The position numbers and the translations under genes were made by a program. Below, one piece after another: positions 18,620 through 23,841 of a stretch of DNA of 23,841 nucleotides (position 1 is its first letter; each line of letters opens with the position of its first letter). This DNA is from Promethearchaeota archaeon (GTDB lineage: Archaea; Asgardarchaeota; Lokiarchaeia; Sigyniarchaeales; SOKP01): the NCBI GenBank assembly GCA_048938855.1, contig JBHLLT010000035.1, forward strand, positions 1 through 23,841. Direction: 5' to 3'. Under the pieces are notes generated by a model, which worked only from the letters and a program-made list of their open reading frames with translations, did not search any database and was not told the DNA's origin.

Positions 18620-18680
18620 TAAAATAGTGAGATACATAACAATAACCTTAATATAACATAAAGAGGTTGGAAAAATAAAA

Positions 18681-20015
18681 ATGAAAATGAAAAGAAAATC
18701 AAGTATATTATTCGGAATTTTAACATTTACAATGATATTCACAATGTTTACTCTGACAATAGGACCCGTACTCGCTGATTCACCTACATTTGTTGTGTCT
18801 CCATCAGGAGGAGATGATACAGCAAACATTCAAGACGCATTTGATGCAGCAATTGCAGCAGGTCCTGGAAGCACAGTTCAGTTAACTTCGGGACAATTTT
18901 ATACTAATGAAATTATAGTTGAAAATTTTTATGGTACATTTAAGGGGACAGGCAAGGATCTTACTAAAATTGATGTCCTTAGAGGATTAGATCCTGGAGC
19001 GCCAGGAGTTTCCACTTTTATGGGTAGTCCTCATATATTTTCATTCGTAGGAGGAGATGTGCTTATCTTAGATATAAGCTTTGATATTACTCCTTATGAA
19101 CCTGCTGAACAATGGGGGCCACCACCTCCCGATGGTTGGTGGTACGATTTATTATCAGTTATTTTAATAGCTGGAGATATAAATTCTCAAATTGAAGATA
19201 TTAAATTTAAAGGTCATGAAGGGACAGCACTCTATGATCCCTGGCATCCTCTCTTTTCTGTAAAAAGCTATAATGTCAGAGTAGGAGTTGAATACGGGGG
19301 CGGGTTACCTACAACTGGAAGACATGTAATTACTAATTGTGAATTTAACTCGCTATGGTTAGGTATTACTGCTTACGGGTTAATAGACTGTGAATTGGCA
19401 ATTAAATCAAACTTGATTCAAGGAGGGGCTATTGGAATAATTAATGCTGATAATGGTAATTCAAAATTTGAGATTTCTCATAATGATATTGAAGCAAATG
19501 CTTTTGCTGGTATATGGGTGATGCAATTTGCTCCATCTCCTTGCCAGTGGCTTATAACCCATAACATTATAAGACCATCAATAATGGCTGATGGTGTTTG
19601 CTTAGAAGATTATACAGGATTAGGATCACTCGATGCAGTTATCTCACATAATAAAATTATATGCGATACATTCTGGGGTGGAATTTGGACAACAATGGCT
19701 CAGGACGCTCTTGTCATTAACAACATTATTTTTGGTACAGTAGATTATGGTATAGCATGTTATTATGCCTATAACACTCTACTGCTTGGTAATAATGTTC
19801 AAAACGTTGATGCCTCTTGGGCTCACATTGTCTTGCTTTGGTCGAGTGAATGTGTAGTTGTCGGAGGTTCAACAAAAACAAATGTGTTAGACGTCGGTGG
19901 TTACAACAATATCATAGTTGGGATGAATAATATGCAAGGTAACTCCCCTGGTCCAGAAATACAAGAAGCATTGGAACAGAAGATGGAACTTCTTAAATCT
20001 TTTCCTAAGTTTTAA
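18681..20015 (+). CDS. Secreted right-handed parallel beta-helix (pectin-lyase-like/NosD-like) protein
   Basis: Signal peptide; GDDTANIQDAFD...GSTVQL..G.FY cap motif; repeated I.(H/N)N.I....GI units; more GC-rich than its flanks. Confidence 0.85.
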   Translation: MKMKRKSSILFGILTFTMIFTMFTLTIGPVLADSPTFVVSPSGGDDTANIQDAFDAAIAAGPGSTVQLTSGQFYTNEIIVENFYGTFKGTGKDLTKIDVLRGLDPGAPGVSTFMGSPHIFSFVGGDVLILDISFDITPYEPAEQWGPPPPDGWWYDLLSVILIAGDINSQIEDIKFKGHEGTALYDPWHPLFSVKSYNVRVGVEYGGGLPTTGRHVITNCEFNSLWLGITAYGLIDCELAIKSNLIQGGAIGIINADNGNSKFEISHNDIEANAFAGIWVMQFAPSPCQWLITHNIIRPSIMADGVCLEDYTGLGSLDAVISHNKIICDTFWGGIWTTMAQDALVINNIIFGTVDYGIACYYAYNTLLLGNNVQNVDASWAHIVLLWSSECVVVGGSTKTNVLDVGGYNNIIVGMNNMQGNSPGPEIQEALEQKMELLKSFPKF

Positions 20016-20106
20016 TAAGTTACTTGGATCCTATCGAGAATAATTCGTAAAAATCATTCAATATAAGAAAGGGAGATATAACAGAGGGTTGAAATTCTTA
20101 ATCAAA

Positions 20107-20196
20107 ATATAGAATTGGAGGCTTTAATTTAGGAATACGTCTTTTCGAATGACCACACCTAAAGCACTACACCTCCATTCTATATATCTTTTTTTT
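20107..20196 (+). repeat. Conserved ~90-nt hairpin element, copy 2, followed by a T-tract
   Basis: ATATAGAATTGGAGG/CCTCCATTCTATAT outer stem, TTTAGG/CCTAAA inner stem; core CTTTTCGAATGACCACACCTAA. Confidence 0.7.
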
Positions 20197-20277
20197 AAAA
20201 AAACTTTTATTTCTTAAGGTTTTGTTCATAAATTATTTTCCTACCACCGAAAACTATAAAAAAACAAGCGTACAGTA

Positions 20278-20410
20278 CAACGCTCTTATACTTTCGTATA
20301 TAATAATCAAGAATTACCTAATAAGATTACAATCGCGGATGTGATCCATAAATACGGTTTAAAAGAAGAAAAAAAACTAATTTTATGGACAAGAGTTATA
20401 GGAGGTTTAG
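20278..20410 (+). pseudogene. 5'-truncated second ubiquitin-like gene
   Basis: Translates QRSYTFVYNNQELPNKITIADVIHKYGLKEEKKLILWTRVIGG, 27/43 identical without gaps to the C-terminal half of 14951..15205. In-frame TAA at 20257 upstream with no 5' start; ends GGA GGT TTAG, the stop displaced by one extra T. Confidence 0.85.
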
Positions 20411-20424
20411 AAAATTTAATTTTT

Positions 20425-20991
20425 TTAATCATCTTTTATTATGATAATACCATCATTTTCTTCTTTTTCTGATTCCTTATCATTCTCCTCAGATGCGTAT
20501 TGCTTCTTAAGTTCTTCAATTTTTTGTTTTTTAAAGAATTTTGTAGCTTCAAAACATTCAGGATAATCAAGTGGATCGTCAGGATTAGGATTTTCTACTA
20601 AAATTTTCAATGCCCTAATTGTAGTTACCAAATCGGATAATCGAGACCACTTCTTTAATATATTTAAGCAAATATATCCTGTTCCTGATTCATTTGATAA
20701 AGACAATTCGACTGGATGTATATTAGGATGAAAAATATTCGAAAGCCATGAAAAATCAATACCACCAGGATAAGGAAATGAACGATTAATTTTTAAATAT
20801 ATACGATGTGTCCTTTTTGGCTTTAAATTACCATTTTCCTTAACAAAACCTAATGCTTTTATGTTTAATATTAAATCGACACCATTACTATCCATTTTTA
20901 TTGAGTTTTCTTCAAGAACATCTAACTTTTTTACATTATTTAGTTCATTATCAATTCTATCTTTCCATATCTCATAAGGAAGCTCTGGCAT
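20425..20991 (-). CDS. Ubiquitin-conjugating enzyme E2 (UBC fold)
   Basis: FPYP, IFHPNI (HPN motif), GYICLNIL..W catalytic Cys, L.NPNPDDPL; acidic tail. Confidence 0.92.
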   Translation of the reverse strand: MPELPYEIWKDRIDNELNNVKKLDVLEENSIKMDSNGVDLILNIKALGFVKENGNLKPKRTHRIYLKINRSFPYPGGIDFSWLSNIFHPNIHPVELSLSNESGTGYICLNILKKWSRLSDLVTTIRALKILVENPNPDDPLDYPECFEATKFFKKQKIEELKKQYASEENDKESEKEENDGIIIIKDD

Positions 20992-21015
20992 AATTATTCA
21001 CACCTTTTTTTCCTT

Positions 21016-21897
21016 TTAATTTTTTTTAAAAGAACATGTCCAGCATTCTGGATTTTTTAATTTCTTAATTATTTCAAATTTATTTAAAAGTCCATTATAA
21101 TTTAATTGTTTTCCTATTAATGGTTGACCGATGGTAGGATTCCACTTCTTTTTTTCTTTAAAATATTCAATTCCTAATATGAATTTTAACACTTGTTGAG
21201 ATTGTAATCCACCAATGATAGATGTGGTTGTTATAATAGCAGGGATTATTCCTAAAGTTTCACCATCTTCATTTTCTATTTCTTGTCCAGTGCAGGAGAA
21301 CTTTTTCCACATCAATTCTAGATCCATATCAGAAACATTACACTGGAGACAAGCAGCATCTTCTACTCCTGAATAAACTGACTGAACTGTACCAAAAAAT
21401 TCCTCAATTCCAGCATCCACAAATGGTTTTTCGTAATAAAATGCATAATTATTGGCTTCTAATCTTGCTTCAATATTATCTACACATGAGCAAATAATAT
21501 CAGACTCTTTATATAATGCTTTATCAATATCATTTAAGTCTTCTTTAATTGCTAGAATCTCTACATTTGGATTTAATTTTTTACATGCACTTTTTACAAC
21601 ATCAACTTTATATTCTTTCTTCTTTGCTTGTTCTGCGTTGAAAAGAATGCAGCGATTCAAGTTTGAAGGATTAATAACATCATAATCAATTAAAATTATT
21701 TTTCCCACACCAATTAATACAAGATTTTTTGCAACTTCGTTACCAATAGCTCCTGCTCCTATTACCATAATAGTTGAATTAGTAATTTTATTTTGGTTCC
21801 AACCTCTTATACGTTTTTGGCGATCAAAAATATCTGAATCTATAGATTCTTTCCCATTTACAGTGAAATCTTCAGGATCATCTTTTTTTCTTGACAT
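21016..21897 (-). CDS. Ubiquitin-activating enzyme E1 (ThiF/MoeB/UBA family)
   Basis: FDRQ, GAGAIG, DYD.I..SNLNR, CVDN..AR, Zn pairs CLQC and CWTC, candidate catalytic Cys in FSCTG. Confidence 0.93.
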   Translation of the reverse strand: MSRKKDDPEDFTVNGKESIDSDIFDRQKRIRGWNQNKITNSTIMVIGAGAIGNEVAKNLVLIGVGKIILIDYDVINPSNLNRCILFNAEQAKKKEYKVDVVKSACKKLNPNVEILAIKEDLNDIDKALYKESDIICSCVDNIEARLEANNYAFYYEKPFVDAGIEEFFGTVQSVYSGVEDAACLQCNVSDMDLELMWKKFSCTGQEIENEDGETLGIIPAIITTTSIIGGLQSQQVLKFILGIEYFKEKKKWNPTIGQPLIGKQLNYNGLLNKFEIIKKLKNPECWTCSFKKN

Positions 21898-21913
21898 ATT
21901 TTCGATTTATCTA

Positions 21914-22402
21914 TTATTTTTTTAATACTGCATAACTCAATGATTTATATCCTTTTTTTATATTATTATCAATCGTAAAAAATTCAAATTCATTTTGGAT
22001 GGGATCTACAACGAGAGCAACTTGATTTTCTTCGGGAAAAAAATATTTTTGAGTTACTAAATCTGTAGGAGATAAAAAACATCCGAGGTTTGGATGAGAA
22101 TGCCACCATCCTACAATTCTCAAATTTTCATTATTTTTTATCTTTTTAATTCTCTGAAATTTTTTCTGATATAATCCGGCAGTACCTTCTATTTGAGATG
22201 TGTAAGTTTTATCACTATAAACTGCTCCAATTAGAAATAGTGAATCCTCTATAATAGTATATATTTGATCATTCCATTTTAAGAAACTGCCTATTAGATA
22301 TCCAAAAATCTCTTGTTCTGAACTTTTGCAGAAATTTTTAATTTCTTCAATTGTTTCTTCATAGATGTAAATTGGAAAAACAAAATCTTCTTGCAATTTC
22401 AT
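21914..22402 (-). CDS. JAB/MPN+ (JAMM) metallo-isopeptidase, Rpn11-like
   Basis: EIFGYLIG (Glu) and VGWWHSHPNLGCFLSPTD = HxH-x7-S-x2-D; VALVVDP. Confidence 0.93.
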   Translation of the reverse strand: MKLQEDFVFPIYIYEETIEEIKNFCKSSEQEIFGYLIGSFLKWNDQIYTIIEDSLFLIGAVYSDKTYTSQIEGTAGLYQKKFQRIKKIKNNENLRIVGWWHSHPNLGCFLSPTDLVTQKYFFPEENQVALVVDPIQNEFEFFTIDNNIKKGYKSLSYAVLKK

Positions 22403-22968
22403 TTTTTTTCTAAATTTAGGCTTAATTCTTTAAATTTTGTATTTAACATTTCATTAGATAAACTAACGGCTTTTTGGGTAATTTCATTCATATCGTCATC
22501 TAACTCAATTATTAATTCACCTGGAAATAAATCCATTATTTTTGTCTTCCCTACTCCTACTTCTCCAACTAAGAATATTTTAGGCGGAATATAAATATGT
22601 TCTTCTACAAATTCATCAAAACTCTCAAATTTAGAGATATCAGAATTCCAATTTATTAAGTCTTTTTTATATCTCTCTATGAACTCAATCATCATTAATT
22701 CTAATTTTTCTCTTATTTCTTCCTCTGGATCATTTATATCTGCAAGTAATATAAAAATGCAAAATTTTTCATCATCATAAGAATTTATAATATCCAAGTT
22801 TCTAAAATTTAAAGATCTTATTTCTCCTCCCCCAATTTCTTGAGATATATTATGGATAACCATAAAAAATCCACTCACAAAATCATCTTCAATTTTAGTA
22901 TGACCAAAAAATGTCTTTGAATAACAGAGAATCCCACCTGACAAAATGATTAGTACTTTAGAAATCAT
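22399..22968 (-). CDS. Longin-like domain protein with truncated C-terminal P-loop GTPase segment
   Basis: aa 1-125 longin-like (SGGILCYSK, VSGFF..I, EI.S.NF); aa 127-170 KIFLVGEVGVGKT; stops ~50 aa after the P-loop; ATGA overlap with the JAB gene. Confidence 0.78.
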   Translation of the reverse strand: MISKVLIILSGGILCYSKTFFGHTKIEDDFVSGFFMVIHNISQEIGGGEIRSLNFRNLDIINSYDDEKFCIFILLADINDPEEEIREKLELMMIEFIERYKKDLINWNSDISKFESFDEFVEEHIYIPPKIFLVGEVGVGKTKIMDLFPGELIIELDDDMNEITQKAVSLSNEMLNTKFKELSLNLEKK

Positions 22969-23047
22969 CGGATATCTCGATTTTAAATCAATGAATAATT
23001 AATTTAATAATAGAGTGAGTGATTATTTAAAATAACCTCTTTGACTA

Positions 23048-23245
23048 ATGAAATCTTATTTAAACCTTAAAAAAAGTGGCTTAATTTTGAAAAAACAAAA
23101 GGATGATTTACAATTTCAAGATTCACACCCTCGAATCTTAGAAATTGAGGATCAAGAAATTGAGGAAAAAAAGCCACCGATTGACAACATTGCCTATTAT
23201 AAAATCGTAAATGAAACTAAAGAGACAAAATTAGAGGAAAAATAA
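23048..23245 (+). CDS. Short hypothetical protein
   Basis: 65-aa ATG ORF, charged, not shadowing another gene; no motif recognised. Confidence 0.4.
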   Translation: MKSYLNLKKSGLILKKQKDDLQFQDSHPRILEIEDQEIEEKKPPIDNIAYYKIVNETKETKLEEK

Positions 23246-23612
23246 ATCTAATATATTTTAACAAGGAAATTCAAATTATGTTTCAATATCTTCCATTTCT
23301 GTTAGAAAAATGCCTGCAATTGTAATCCATTTCTCGTTATCATTACCTTCTTTTCCTTTTCTAAGGAATTTTATTAATTTCTTCTAAATATTTCCTATAT
23401 TGGTTGTCCTTACTTTCGATAGTATCAGTAAAAGATCTCGATTTTCGAGACTATCCTACTCTTTACTCTCAAACAATTCTTCTTGTTTGGTTTTTAATTG
23501 TAACCCAAATTATTTACATATATTAATTTTTTACAAAATAGTAAAAATTAAATAAGATGGAGATTTTGAAAAAAAGTGAGATCCAATTTAAATATTTGCA
23601 AGTGAAAAATAA

Positions 23613-23841
23613 ATGGCAAAAAAAGAAAAACCAGCTTTTTATGAAACACAATTGATAAAAGAATTAATATCATTATTAAATGTGCGAGCAACAGCAGGAA
23701 TAATGTGTAATTTTTCTTGTACTCGAATATATTCAGGAAAATTAGGATTACTACAAGTATCTACTTATTTAAAAGAAACAATTCCAGAAGAAGATAGAAG
23801 AGCTTTATTTATTACTGATGATTTTACCGAAAAATTTGTTA
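23613..23841 (+). CDS. Iron-containing alcohol dehydrogenase, 5' part (runs off the window)
   Basis: Hand translation MAKKEKPAFY...FSCTRIYSGKLGL...RRALFITDDFTEKFV is open to the window end; the RI..G..L and RAL.ITD pattern matches the Fe-ADH N-terminus. Confidence 0.7.
   Translation, partial: MAKKEKPAFYETQLIKELISLLNVRATAGIMCNFSCTRIYSGKLGLLQVSTYLKETIPEEDRRALFITDDFTEKFV

Noticed and set aside
15206-20424. Simple mobile island interrupting a co-directional E2-Ubl operon
   Set aside because: No integrase or target-site duplication found, and the convergent Ubl pseudogene next to E2 fits an inverted duplication better.
2410-22594. Short ORF-track entries 2410..2598, 3444..3677, 4892..5107, 5960..6259, 10463..10669, 12966..13217, 13916..14143, 17955..18173, 18593..18829, 21452..21685, 22391..22594
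   Set aside because: All overlap better-supported genes in antisense or an alternate frame and show no motifs; treated as shadow ORFs.

Overview
AT-rich archaeal window, most likely from an Asgard archaeon (Lokiarchaeia-like). This is inferred from longin/small-GTPase proteins, an SDS22-type LRR protein, (I/V)PG(Y/F)-CTERM surface proteins, tandem-wHTH and C4C4 Zn-finger families, and GGTGA/GAGG Shine-Dalgarno sites. The left ~12.5 kb is mostly housekeeping and accessory genes: pyroglutamyl peptidase, TatD, two DUF4097-like beta-solenoid membrane proteins, SCP2, a shortened ferredoxin-domain gene, GdhA, LRR, AlaX, a secreted protein and an orphan OppA-like protein. The right ~10.5 kb holds a eukaryote-like ubiquitin-like conjugation locus: an operon longin-(truncated P-loop)/JAMM/E1/E2, a mature Gly-Gly Ubl gene, and a ~7TM protein with a C4C4 RING-type finger next to a degenerate small GTPase. 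Features absent from the ORF track: (i) a second, decayed Ubl copy at 20278-20410; (ii) a mirror-image gene layout centred on a tandem-wHTH regulator; (iii) four copies of a 44-nt palindromic operator/promoter, one in front of the Ubl gene; (iv) two copies of a ~90-nt hairpin element behind unrelated secreted-protein genes; (v) a small ORF at 1223-1366; (vi) the 5' end of an Fe-alcohol dehydrogenase at the right edge. No rRNA, tRNA, CRISPR array or transposase/integrase was recognised.
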